64,000 nt of DNA from Vicugna vicugna. Lineage: Eukaryota. The stretch lies in assembly GCA_013265495.1 (NCBI GenBank), contig MU058054.1, positions 682,001 to 746,000 on the forward strand, given 5' to 3'. This document shows positions 25,801-38,159 of this stretch, piece by piece (the first letter of the stretch is position 1; every line of letters starts with the position of its first letter). The notes beneath the pieces are model-generated. The model searched no databases. It was not told where the DNA came from and saw nothing but the letters and a program-made list of their open reading frames with translations. A program made the translations under genes and the position numbers.

Positions 25801-28779
25801 ACCAAATCTCCAAACAACTGTGACTCTACTGTCCACTTTATTTAACCCATGCAGGGACACAGGTTGCAAATAAGACACAGCTCTTCCCTTTTCCTTGAAG
25901 TACACATGGTAACAAAAATAACATAGTGCCTAATTATAAATGGCTTTCCTTCTGGGGGTAACCCACACTTACAGCACCACTCCGTGGTTTCTGCATGGAA
26001 GCTGAGTGCCTCTTTTATTGAAATTAATACCTGAACATAATTTTTTCCTCCTTAATTAAACTTGCAGAATAATTTCCATTCTACCAAGGATCGGGAAATT
26101 GCTAATATGTATTATATTGACTGGATGTGGTTTCTGTAATTAGGGTGGGTTTTTTTTAAATGTTTATTCTGGATACAATTGATGGTAATAGCTTCATCTA
26201 TTATGCCTAAGCTTGGTCAGAACTTTTTAATTCTGGGATCATTGGCTCGGTGGACCACAGCCGTTTTCTTAGTTTTATTATGCTCCATCAACTTTGTTGA
26301 AAGGAAATGATCAAATACAGAATCATTGGTTAAAATGGGCCTGAAAATCTAGTTGTTTCCTTCTACGTTTTCCATTTCTATGGCACTGGGCACATATTTC
26401 TGGAAAGAAATCAAAATATAAATAGAAGTCCAACAGAAAGGACAGGCTGTAATAGCAATTCTTTATTTATTAGCTTTATTAATTAGCTTGGAATGGAAAG
26501 CAATGGAAAGATCCTTGAAAATGATTAATACACTAATATTTACTCTTTTGGCACCAAAGCAGGTGTAGACCAAAATGATGATATGTAGCACATGTGGCTT
26601 AATTCCCCTTTTAAAAAATACTGAGAGCCTATATTTAAATAATATAAACATATCAAATGGTCTTACTGAAAGTCACTACCAAATACATTCATAACCCAAA
26701 TCTGTCTTACAAACCATCTGCAGAGATGTACAGAAAAATATTTGTGAGCATAAGCTGCATTATCAGACCCAGAAATAAGATTTTTTTCAAGAAAAACACT
26801 TATAGATTTAAAAAACAAAATCAAAATTAACCATTCCATTAAGCATAAAAGCATGCTCTTTAAGATGATTGTTTTTTGCCAACAGTAAGCTAAATAAGAG
26901 AAATATTTTCAGAAAATTTTCTTAAATCATTCAGGAAAAGATAGCAATGTATTTAATTTATCCTGAGTCACTAAACAATCTAAACTTTGTATTCTCTCCT
27001 TTTGATAGTAATTACAAGCAGATATATCAAATGTGACTCTCATTTAGACTTTGGTTTGTAAGAACAAAAGTTATTATCAGAGCCAATTACTGTTTTACCT
27101 ACATGGCTGCACAGAAGCAGGGAGCTCAATTTTCATCTCATCAGTGATTTTGTGGTATTTATTTTATTACTATGCCCACAAAGCGATATAAGAAGGAAAT
27201 AGCTTATGCTATTAAAACTAGGGTTTGAGCATAAGAGGCTAGGGTTTCTTTCAGAAGAAGTTCTGAATTAAAAACACTAGGCAGCGTATAATGCCAGCTC
27301 CCCAGACATGGGCAGACCATAAAATGACATACATCTGAGCAGTAGATCCCACACAGAGTAATCAAAATTGAAATGCTTCACAAAGAAAGTTGAGACAAGC
27401 TATTTACTAAGTTATAGTATTATCACAGCATCACATTATTCTCAACAGTGTTTGCTCCAAGCAATGCCTTCTAAAGAGTCTATTGCTTAATATCATATTC
27501 CCACTGGTTAAAGATGTCTGCTGTTTAATCTCAAAACCAGAAAAAAAAGGAAAAGAGAAAAAGAACCCAGTCACCTTTGACACTCTTTCAACCATTATTA
27601 CATTCCATGAAAAGAACAACAGACACCAAGTCGTAGTTCAAGCTATGTGATCTAGATTTTAACTTCGTAAACCTGGGTGGTAATACGTATCTTCGCAGGG
27701 TTGTTTGTGAGGTTTAAGTGACTAATGTGTGCTAAGTATGTTTCAAATGATAAAGTGCTACTCAGGAACCTACCGATTCCCCGAATCATCCTGCAATGCA
27801 CTGAAACACTTCAAATATATAAAAATCCACGAGTTCTTAATAATATTTCCCCCCTCCCAAAAAACCTAATTGATAAAATTGATGAGTTAATCTGAAAGTA
27901 GATTGATAAAAGAATCATGCATTTATTGCTCTTTTCCTAAAAATCTATTTTTCAGACTCACCAAAGAGTTGCTAAGAGAAAGGTCTTCAGAGAAGTTAAT
28001 ATGTGCAGAAGGAAGGATAGAATGATAAAATCACAACTTTGCAGTCCCCGATGAAAGAATGTGTTTAGGTGAACATCAGTGTTTGCTAATACCGTTAGGT
28101 GAAATGTTGTCGGGAGCTTGATAGAGGATAGATCCAGTTGGTAATACTCAGACTCAAGGATCAATCTTAACATCATTAAAAGAGAAAAGACAAACTACTT
28201 CCTGATATGCTATAAAAAGAAATGCACACCACCTATGAAGCTTTAAAAGACTTCACCAAAAAAAAAAAAAAGGAGAAGGAATAGATGAAATAAGAATGAT
28301 AAAATTATGGTGACTGTTACAGTTGGGTGATGATTACATGGATTTCTTGTCGATAACTCTTCTAAATAAAAGGTTATCTTTAAAACTCAAGTGCAGTTAC
28401 AACGTAATTATTCATTAATTTCTTATTTCAAGTCTAACATTCTGTGCTTTATGACATCCCCTCTTGCCTCCCTGCTAGGACTAGGGGGTCAACAATTACA
28501 GCATCACCGAACCCCAAGCTGCTTCTAAAAAGCCCGGCTGCCTCAGGTTCACAAAACCTTAAGACTTTAATTCCGTTCAGATATGCCCATCTTGTTTTCT
28601 GATTCCCGTAGGAGTTGAATTGCAGAACAAGAGGAAGGTTGGCGAAGAGAGCTAATAGTTATTCGGCTCCCATTTTGTGCCAAACACCGCAATATGTGGG
28701 TTTCGTCATAATCCAACTGATTTGCGTTAGTCCTTAAAATGGCAAGCGGGAGTATGTGATATCAGAGTATTGCCTTTTG

Positions 28780-29118
28780 TCCTTAGGCTTCTCACCTCAT
28801 GGTTGCAGAATGCTTGCTGCAACTCCAGGTGTCTTGTCTGTGTTCAAGGTAGAAAGAAAGAGGAAAGGGGAGAGGGGACAGGCCAGTGGCTACTACATCC
28901 TTTTATCAGGAAAGCAAAGCATCCCCTTAGAACCAACCCCAGGAGACTGCTGCTCAGTACTCACTGGACAGAACTGGGACGCATGGTCGTGCTTAGTTGC
29001 AAGGAAGGCTCAGAAATGAGTAAGCGTATTCCTCCTGGCCCGATGCCATCCTGAACAAAATCACAGCTTATAATAATGCAGTGGATACTGGGTTGGGAAC
29101 TCACAATTTCTGCCACAA
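28780..29118 (-). mobile_element. MLT1-type LTR (antisense)
   Basis: cctcatggttgcagaatgcttgctgcaactccagg...ttagttgcaaggaaggct...ggatactgggttggg...ctgccaca is typical of antisense old MLT1. Confidence 0.6.
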
Positions 29119-29927
29119 TCACGCAATCTAATCTAGCTAAGGAAGAAAGTCCAGTAAGACAACAGTGATAAATAGTGAAATAATGAGACATCAATGGATT
29201 GAAGGTCCTTACTGTATTGAAGAATTGTTGGAAAGACAAACTCTGTGAGCTGGCGGCTGGGACTTGGAGGTCAGAGATGCTGTGCTTGAAACAGATTTTG
29301 GAGACGAAGTACTTACTGGTTACAACAAAGCCCAGGCATCAGGCACATCCCCTTGGCCCTACCGGAGTATTTTTGCCAAACCTCTAATTTAACACTCACC
29401 ACACACTCTGTCAAATGCCTGTGCACAGACTGGGAGCAACTACCGCACTGAAATTTGCATTCCAGCGCCTGGCACATAGTAGCATTAAGATCAAAATATT
29501 TGAGGCAATGAAATAGCACACTAGTGAGAAAAGACTTTTTTTAGTTTGAGTCTGTGTTATTCTTATGATACGCCATGATGACATCAGTTCATAGTACTAG
29601 GGTGTGCCAAAGGCGACATTCCACCCAATTTTTATGACATTTTTAAGACACGTGGGCCAATTGCTAATTTCATGCCCTCCCTTCCTTTGATGTACGCTAT
29701 TCTCCTGAGTCGGTGGCCAGGGAATGACGGCTCCCTGCATGTCCAAAAGTTAGCATCCATTGGGAAGCCAGGGAAAGAGATCTAAGAAATGGGATGCCAC
29801 CTCTGAAATGTTATTGAACCACGGAATACCATATAATACAATCTGAGTAGTCTTCACTGTTGTAAATAGCTTACGTTACTGGAAAAGGTGCTGGGGGTCA
29901 TAAATATTTAGCTAATTGAATCTTCCC

Positions 29928-30025
29928 ATGAAAATGAACACGTGTATGTATATGCAAGACTGGGACATTGTGCTGTACCCCAGAGATTGACACATTGTAA
30001 TTGACTGTACTTCAGTAAAAGAAAT
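29928..30025 (+). mobile_element. Short L1 3'-terminal fragment
   Basis: atgaaaatgaa...gactgggacattgtgctgtaccccagagattgacacattgtaattgactgtacttca matches 19730-19835. Confidence 0.7.
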
Positions 30026-30595
30026 AATAGTATATATAGAAAAAGAAACAGTGTTATTAGAAGATACAGTCCTAAGGGCCCATTTTTAATGCCCATTTTT
30101 GATAGAAATAACCCCAAATATCATGCTGAAACACCTATTCCATTAGCTATAACTTATGTACACTGTAAACTATAAGCCTCTTTAAAATATGTATGTTAAC
30201 CAGTTGAACGGTAACGGGTTACAGTAAAACAGCACTGCAGATGATAACATATCCCAGTGTGTTATCAGTAATTCTAACGTGGCTTCATAATTGCCATGTT
30301 AGTATCACTGCAACAAATCAGAAAGTAGAAAGGTCACCTTTATCAGTAGCACTGCACTGAGAAGTTTCTTTGGGAAAGTTTAGAGGGACATATCTGAGGA
30401 TAATTCTGGGGATAGGTAGGGCCCTTAGTGGACAAATCAGGAATTTATTCTGCTGCTTTTTTTTTTTCCAGTTGCAGATGTCCCTGTGGGACACATAGCA
30501 AGGGAGCTCACGTGTTTGTATTTGTAACAATGTTGAGGATAAGCCAGGACCTTGAGGTTAAATAGAGCTGAGTTTGAACCCCAGTTCTCCCATTT

Positions 30596-31929
30596 TTTTT
30601 AAACTTTTTTTTTNNNNNNNNNNNNNNNNNNNNNNNNNNNNNNNNNNNNNNNNNNNNNNNNNNNNTTTCCAGAGCACAATTTTTCAGTTACACATGAACA
30701 TACATATATTCATTGTCACATTCTTTTTCACTGTGAGCTACCAGGATCTTGTATATATTTCCCTGTGCTATACAGTATAATCTTTTTATCTATTCTACAT
30801 ATTCCTGTCCGTTATCTATACAAATTTCAAACTCTCAGTCTGTCCCTTCCCACTCCTCTCCCCCATGGCAACCACAAGTTTGTATTCTATGTCTATGACT
30901 CTGTTTCTGTTTTGCATTTATATATATAATACATACATACATATAATTTATTTTTTTTTAGATTCCACATATGAGTGATCTCATATGGTATTTTTCTTTC
31001 TCTTTCTGGCTAACTTCACTTAGAATGACGATCTCCAGGTCCATCTATGTTGCTGCAAATGGCGTTATGTTGTCGTATTTTAAGGCTGAATAGTATTCCA
31101 TTGTATAAATATATCACTTCGTCTTTATCCAGTCATCTGTTGATGGGCATTTAGGCTGTTTCCATGTCTTGGCTATTGTAAATAGTGCTGCCATGAACAT
31201 TGGGGTGCAGGTATCTTTTTGAAGTAGGGTCCCTTCTGGATATATGCCCAGGAGCAGGATTCCTGGGTCATACAGTGAGTCTATTCCTAGTCTTTTGAGG
31301 AATCTCCATACTGTTTTCCACAGTGGCTGCACCAAACTGCACAAACTGCATCCAGCAGTGAAGGAGGGTTCCCTTTTCTCCACAGCCTCTCCAGCGTTTG
31401 TCATTTGTGGACTTCTGAATGATGGCCATTCTGACTGGTGTGGGGTGATACCTCATTGGAGTTTTGATTTGCATTTCTCTGATAATGAGTGATATTGAGC
31501 ATTTTTTCATGTGCCTATTGATCATTTGTATGTCTTCCTTGGAAAATTGCTTGTTTAGGTCTTCTGCCCACTTTTGGATTGGGTTGTTCGTTTTTTTCTT
31601 ATTAAGTCATATGAGCTGCTTATATGTTCTGGAGATCAAGCCTTTGTCAGTTTCATCTTTTGCAGAAATTTACTTCCATTCTGTAGGTTGTCGTTTTGTT
31701 TTACTTATGGTGTCCTTTGCTGTGCAGAAGCTTGTAAGTTTAATCAGGTCCCATTTGTTTATTCTTGCTTTTATTTCTATTGCTTGGGTAGACTGCCCTA
31801 GGAGAGCATTGTTGAGATGTATGTCAGATAATATTTTGCCTATGTTTTCTTCTAGGAGGTTTATTTTATCTTGTCTATGTTTAAGTCTTTCATCCATTTT
31901 GAGTTTATTTTTGTGTATGGTATAAGGGT
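30596..31929 (-). mobile_element. Young 5'-truncated L1 inserted into a MIR; contains the assembly gap
   Basis: ORF2 C-terminal peptides ([58 protein letters not shown]). Perfect TSD cagttctcccattt at 30582-30595 and 31930-31943. Confidence 0.93.
30614..30665. other. Assembly gap (52 N)
   Basis: Run of N directly after the T-rich L1 tail. Confidence 1.
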
Positions 31930-32109
31930 CAGTTCTCCCATTTCTTAGCTTTAAATTACTGTCATCTCTCATCCTCCTCCTCAGTAATCCCATCTGTAAA
32001 ATGGGACTAACAATAATTCCTCCCTTTGGTAATGTAAGGATGAGATATGATTCCCTCATCATGGCTAACACAGGCTCATAAATGGTCTTCCCACTTCCAC
32101 CTTCCCCCG

Positions 32110-32650
32110 TCTATATCTCATTCTCATCACAAGATGTAGCCAGAGTGACCCTTGCAAATTGCGAAGCAGATCCTATCCGTCCCCTGGTGAAAAGCCTCCA
32201 GTGGCTTCCCATGTCACTCAGAGTGACATCTGAGGTCCTCACAACGGTCTGCAAGATCTGGTCCTTACTTTGTTCTTGCTTCTCTCCACCTTGCACATTC
32301 CCTTCCAGCTTCCTTGCTGTTCACATTCCTAATTCAGGGTCTTCACAGGTTGCATTTTCTGCCTACAATCCTCTTCCTGCAATTTTTTTGCCAAATGACT
32401 TGCTCCCTTCATGTCCATCAGATTTCTGCTCAAGTGTCACCTTACACGTGAGACCCTCCCAACACTCCCCATGTTCCTTCCCTAACTTTTCTCTCACCAA
32501 CTAACATACTATATGTTTACTTTTCAAATTGTTTTCTGTTTTCCTAATGACTACCTTACCCCATTAGAACATTAGCTCTATGAGAGCAGAGAAGTTTGGC
32601 TGATGCCCAAAAGTGGTGTCTGGTACATATTAGGTACATAACTGAGGTTG
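32110..32650 (+). mobile_element. L2 LINE 3' fragment
   Basis: agccagagtgacccttgcaaa...aaagcctccagtggcttccc...tctgctcaagtgtcacctt...tagaacattagctctatgagagcagaga. Confidence 0.7.
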
Positions 32651-32679
32651 AGCAGTATTCATCAACAAATAAGAAGGAT

Positions 32680-32860
32680 TAACACTTTTATAGCACTCAC
32701 CCTATATGAGGCACTATTACAAACATTTACATATGTTAATTCATTTATCCTGACAGCAGGGTGTCATACAGTCTATTTTACAGATGAGGAACTGAGGCAC
32801 AGAGAGGTTAAGTGACCAGCCAAGGTACGAACAGTAAGAGCCGGGATGTGAACCCATACT
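32680..32860 (-). mobile_element. MIR SINE (one of many; others near 2650, 9800, 10200, 12620, 16850, 31950, 36630, 53800, 54230, 58400, 60750)
   Basis: MIR core attttacagatgaggaactgaggcacagagaggttaagtgac. Confidence 0.75.
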
Positions 32861-33237
32861 TCTCATCAGTAAGTTGTCATCCATTGAGAGCCTGCTTCAG
32901 GTAAGGCAGTGTCTAGGCACTGATTACAGCAATGAACTAAACAGAGTCTCTCTGCTTTAGATTAATAGAGACTTAAGAAATAAAATAATCAAGCAGAATG
33001 GATAAATCTTAGCAGATCCAAGTTTGGATAAAAGATCAGTAAAAGCCATTTGGAGGATGATTGGGGAAACCCGAATGTCAGCTGGGTATTTATTATATTC
33101 AGGAATTACTGTAAATTTTGTTAGGTGTGACAATGGTAGTGTGGGTAAGTAGGACTATGTTCATTTTTAAAGATGCATGTTAAAGCATTAAGGGGTGAAA
33201 TGTCATTAGGTCTTTATTTTAAAACATTCTAATATTT

Positions 33238-33366
33238 GATATCTTGTAGCTCATGGTGAAAAAGAATATGAAAATGAATATATGTATATCCATGTATGAC
33301 TGAAGCATTGTGCTGGCCACCAGAAACTGACACAACATTGTAAACTGACTATACCTCAATAAAAAA
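33238..33366 (+). mobile_element. Short L1 3'-terminal insertion nested in an older L1 3'UTR
   Basis: Same ~130-nt segment as 6924-7059. TSD attttaaaacattctaata (33216-33234) / attttaaaacatctcaata (33366-33384). Confidence 0.8.
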
Positions 33367-34774
33367 TTTTAAAACATCTCAATAAAAAACAGATGAAGCA
33401 AAAATGGTAAAGGTTAGCAACTATTAAATCTTTGGTGAAGGATAAATAGTTATTCATGTACTATTTTTGATTTATCTGAGTATTTTCACATTAAGAAGGT
33501 TTTAATAAACTACAAAAAAAGGGAAAATATTTTTTAAAGGTTTCTACTCTCATGAGGCTTATATTCTAATGAGAAGACAGCTGGCAATGCTTGTTGGTTA
33601 AGTGTAGGCATTTTCTTCCCCCTGCTTGATTCTGTAAAATCCAACTGCTGTCTCATCAGCAAAATTTCCCACCCAATGTTAAGTGAGGAATAACTCACAG
33701 TGAAAATCTGTGAAGCAACCCTTACCTGCCCTGACTTTTTCCTTCTTTGATCTCTCACCACACCTTTCCTGGTGATGCCAAAAATCCTCAAGACTTTAGT
33801 TTTGATCAAATTTTGAAACTCACTTTCTCAGTGAGATCCAAATTCACAGAATGAGTCTCCCATCTTAGACACGGATGTTGTATATTGCATCGTATTGGAT
33901 CACAATAGATATTTTTGTTTGATTGACAGAGCATCCTTTTTATGGAGTTCATTTGGAGAATAACTCAGGGAGATGGGTTTATTTTCCCTGCTCCACACAC
34001 ATGTATGATGCTTCTGAGTAGGTCCCTGGATCTAACGTCAGAAACTTCTATTTTGAAATTGCCTTCAGACTTGGCTCACCAGACACAGCAAGAAAATCAA
34101 ATACTCTCTTAGCCTATAAAGTTTTTCTCCTTCTCTTCCTCCCTCCTCCTTATCTTTTGTTGTTACTTCAAACCCTTTCCTTGATTGTGGTGAGTACTAT
34201 TGTGCCCCTAGCCCAAGGTGCCTGGAAGAAAAGTTGGGCTGGGGTTGACTTGGAGCTAAGCTCTACTGTAAAGAAAAACCATCAGAATAGGGCTTTTTCA
34301 AAGGTAAAAGCAGCTTGATAAACAATTCTGAATTGTGATTCTTAACTACAATCGAGAAACTCCTAATTATTTGTCATTTAGATTTTTTGGCATGGGAGGG
34401 AATTCCAAAAATAGATTCCTTCACTTTGGAGAGAGCTTAAAGTAGCAACTGAGTTTAAAAGGTTGACAGTGAGCAGTTAGAGGTGGGACTATCTCAGCTG
34501 GTTCCACAACGACTTAAAAATGCAAGCCTTTAAGTTGGTGTAGTAGGCTCACAGAACAGCTGGGAACACAGCGCTATCTGCCATTGACTTTAGAATGCAA
34601 AATTCGGGCTATCTTTTGTGGCAACGGTTATGCGTTTTTAAGCAGATGTCACTGATACTAGATATAAAACAACAATAGGGGTCCAGCCCTGGAGGTGAAG
34701 TCAGGGGGTAACTGTCCAGGCCCTTTTCTAAATGAAGCTCACCCAGGCTCACAGCATTTAAAAGAACACAGAGT

Positions 34775-34905
34775 GGGGAGGGCAGCGCTCAATGGTAGAG
34801 GGTATGCCTAGCTCGCATGAGGTCCCGGGTTCAATCCCCAGAACCTCCATTAAAAGTAAATAAATAAATAAACCTAATTCCCTCCCCCAACAACCCCCCC
34901 CCAGC
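34775..34905 (+). mobile_element. Vic-1-like tRNA-Ala SINE
   Basis: Diverged head, B box GGTTCAATCC and family tail. TSD aaagaacacaga at 34761-34772 and 34906-34917. Confidence 0.88.
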
Positions 34906-35710
34906 AAAGAACACAGACACATAAGATTCCTTGCCTTTTATAATCGCTTACCAGAATTCAAAACTCTTTTGGGAAAATAAATTTCTGGCCATAGTTTTGT
35001 TTGTTTGTTTTCTGGAATAACAACTCTGTGTTCTAAAACAGTGCTAATTTCATATATTTTATTTCATTGTCTCTATAAACTAGAGATCTCCAATCTTCTG
35101 CTTGTGGACCAACTATGGCCCTCCTGAGATTCTTGGCTAAAAGATAAAATTTTAACAAAAGCAGAGACTCGGAAGTAAGGAAGATGAGAGGTTTCAGCTT
35201 TCTTTATCACGGCGCTCTGTTCTATTTTTGAGAGAGCTTTTATCATTACCTGGTATACTCTTACTGATGGTCTGCCTCCACCCGCCTAGAATGTAAGCTC
35301 TATGACGGTGGGCACCTGGTCTGAAGTGCTCACCCCAGTGTGCCCCTGACAGCCCTTGGCACACAGCCAGTACTCCAGAGATAGTGGCTGAAGGAACCCA
35401 GGTCGACAAATGCAGTGACAAAGGTAGGAGTAGGCTGCTGCAAGAGTGCAGAGGAGGCCGGACTAGTTTTTTATATGGGGATGAGCACATCATTAGGGGT
35501 CACTGTGGTGGTTTCATTTATTCATTCAACAAACATTTATTCAGAGTTCCCTGGCATGACATTGTGGTGGACAAACGGACATAGATCCTGCCCTCATTAA
35601 GCCTGTAATCTAGTGGGAAGTCAGACATTAAAAAAAAAAATCATACAACTCAATATCTAGTTACGAATTGTGACAAGTATGAGAAAAGGAAAATACAGAA
35701 TTATACAAAC

Positions 35711-36479
35711 CATGTCCAGTATTTTCATCATAAGCATCTTTGCTGTAGACGTCTTTACCGTAAGAATTTTTGCCACGTAACTAATTGGCCGTAAGGCAAT
35801 TGTGCCATGAAAGATCGAATAACTGGTTGACTCTTTTTGGTTTGACAGTTTGGTTCCCACTGACTGAAATGCATCAGCATTTCTTCTGGTTAGTGACGTT
35901 ATTGATGCCTTTATCCGGACGATGATTATTTCGCTGTAGAACTTTGCAACATCTACCAAAGGACATGTGGCAAATATGCCATGAATACATCAGTGTAGAG
36001 GCTTTCACAGCGCAACACAAAGTTTAGGCACAAACGTGTACCCTAGTGTTTGGAAACTGATACTTCTCTTAAAGAAGGAAAAAATGTTAGTGAAAAACAA
36101 AAAGCATGATGCCAAACAGGAAGATGAATCAACAAGCTAAAAAAAAAGTGTATAAAATCCTACGAATGAAAGACTTGGAAGACAAATGCTGAGGTACCAC
36201 CCACAAGATAAAATCTGTTGTTTGCGCAGTATTGCCATGATCTACACACATTTTCAATACATTCAAATAGTCTGTATTGTGCAATAAATTCTTGTAAATT
36301 TTGTTATTAATTTCTCTTGTTTCATTATGTCCTTGTTAGTGTTCCTCTTGTATTTTTCATTATTTTACAACAAAATCGCCTTATGGCCAATTAGTGATGC
36401 GGCAAAAATATCTGTGGCGAAAATGCTTGCGGCAAAGATGACCTCGGCAAAGATGCCTATTGCCAAAGTGCCTACAACC
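35711..36479 (+). mobile_element. MULE/MuDR (Ricksha-type) DNA transposon, internally deleted
   Basis: TIRs of ~100 bp with 15-bp internal repeats (atctttgc... / ...gcaaagat) and shared taattggcc(g/a)taaggc. Candidate 9-bp TSD tatacaaac / aacacaaac. Decayed transposase peptides ASAFLLVSDVIDAF, SVEAF, YPSVWKLILLLKKE and CLRSIA. Confidence 0.8.
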
Positions 36480-37100
36480 AACACAAACAGTTGTAGAAAG
36501 GGTGCCACCTGACAGCTGCACAACCCTGTGAATATGCTACAAACCACTGACTGAACACTTTTTAAAGGGTGAATTTTACAAGATACAAATCATATGTTGA
36601 TAAAGCTATTATTTTAAAAAGGGTACCACAGTGGTTAAGAGCACAGCTCTGGATCGCCACATTTCTGGGTTCATAATCCTGGCTCTGACCTTCGCTGTGT
36701 TCTCTCGGGCAATTTATTTAACATTCGTGAACCTTGGTTTCTTCGTCAATAAAATGGATGTAATATTAACATCTCCTTCTAGGACTGTTCTGAAGGTTAA
36801 ACAAGTTAGTGTTCCCAAAGCATTGACAGCAGCACCTGGTGCCCAGAAGGGGTGAGCCGTTATCACTGCTGAGGAGGCAGGGAGGGAAGGGGAATCAGAG
36901 TGGAAGTCCACTCGATGGAGGCAAAGACAAGACACCTCTTGGACTCTATTCTTTGCCACCTGGGAACTTTACTTCTAGGGCTCCGTTCAAAGAAAGCTCT
37001 TTTGTCATAGAAATTGACCATGCCATCAACATACCTGAAACAACAGTGGCATGTATTCTCATTTAGCACACAATTTCCCATCCACACTTTTGAAAAAACA

Positions 37101-37338
37101 ATTTTTTTTCTAACAGCTTTATTGAAATGTAATTCACATCTCTTAAATTCACCCTTTCAAAGCGTATTGTTCAGTGATGTTTAGTAGATTCACAAGAGTC
37201 GTGCGGCCATCACCACTGTTTAATTCCAGAACATTTCATCATCCCCCGAAGACACCTGACACCCATTAGAAGTCATCCCCAACCCTTCCTTCCTCCTTCC
37301 AACCTCCGGCCACCACCAATCCACTGTCTGTCCCTCTC
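37101..37338 (-). mobile_element. L1MB-like 3' end abutting the IQCH exon-4 donor
   Basis: aacagctttattgaaatgtaattcaca...taattccagaacatttcatcatccccgaa...cccattag is a classic L1MB 3' terminus, in sense orientation to IQCH. Confidence 0.8.
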
Positions 37339-37345
37339 TTCCTAC

Positions 37346-37463
37346 CTTCACTTTTGGAAAGGCACGTGGAAATGAACCGTGCAGTCGTTGGGGTTGCCAA
37401 AGTTTACCCCCTGATTCCAGAGGGAAAATAAATGATTTCTGATCAATTACAGCTGGAAGCAAC
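37346..37463 (-). CDS. IQCH: IQCH coding exon 4
   Basis: Acceptor TTTTTCACTTAG|, donor AAG|GTAGGA; 118 nt. The first G completes Trp, then [39 protein letters not shown] (recalled human [19 protein letters not shown]...); phase 2/0. Confidence 0.93.
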
Positions 37464-38159
37464 CTAAGTGAAAAAAAAATTTAAATCAAATCTGCTATCT
37501 TAAAGACTTCACAAATTGTAATTCAAAAACAATGCTTCCTAGTTAAATTGCATTTTGCGGGAACTATTCTATTGGTAATTACAATAAATTTGACCAAATT
37601 TAGCACTTTTACCACTATCAAGCTGCAGTTCTTTATTAAGCATAAGAATTTCCAAGTCTGATAACGACCATCATAGCATGAATAAAAAGCTCTATCTCTG
37701 GCTGAGTTTATATAACTCACGATTGACAGAATTACTACACTATAAAACATTTCTTGATTTTAAGAAAGTACAATACACTGTATCTTGTTTAATAGAATCA
37801 AGTCACAAGATAGCCAGTGTTAAATACATTCAAAATGCTGATCCCGAAGCAGTTCATCCTTATATTCTTTAAACTTTGGCTATTCTATGTAATTGCAAAG
37901 ACTTAAGGATCAAAGGCGGTTAAAGGTCTTCCTTGTTAAGCAGTGAGCGGTCCGTGGGATAGCAATGTAAAAACAAAATAAAGTTGTAAGAATGAGTATA
38001 TGTGTGTAATGCAGGTCTTAAAATTTTTCATTTGAAAGCGGATTCCAGTTATTTAAAATGGTCAACATAATAAGGTCAATTAAACTCAACAACCAATGAC
38101 TCAATCTCTTGATTCTATGTGATGCTCACTTTAGTAAAATTATCATTAAAAAGCAATTT

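Noticed and set aside
31114..32071. ORFs of 75-153 aa on both strands (similarly 19178-19496, 42787-43331, 52802-53673)
   Set aside because: They are sense or antisense translations of truncated, frameshifted L1 ORF2 and 3'UTR, not host genes.
36380..36470. 15-bp periodic repeats (AAKISVAKMLAAKMTSAKM ORF) as a repeat protein or CRISPR-like array
   Set aside because: They are sub-repeats of the transposon TIR, mirrored at 35720-35800. There are no spacers, and the context is mammalian.
1..37345. Further IQCH coding exons (exon 5 onward)
   Set aside because: I found no segment matching the recalled downstream IQCH peptide with splice sites, so exon 5 probably lies beyond position 1. A divergent small exon could have been missed by eye.
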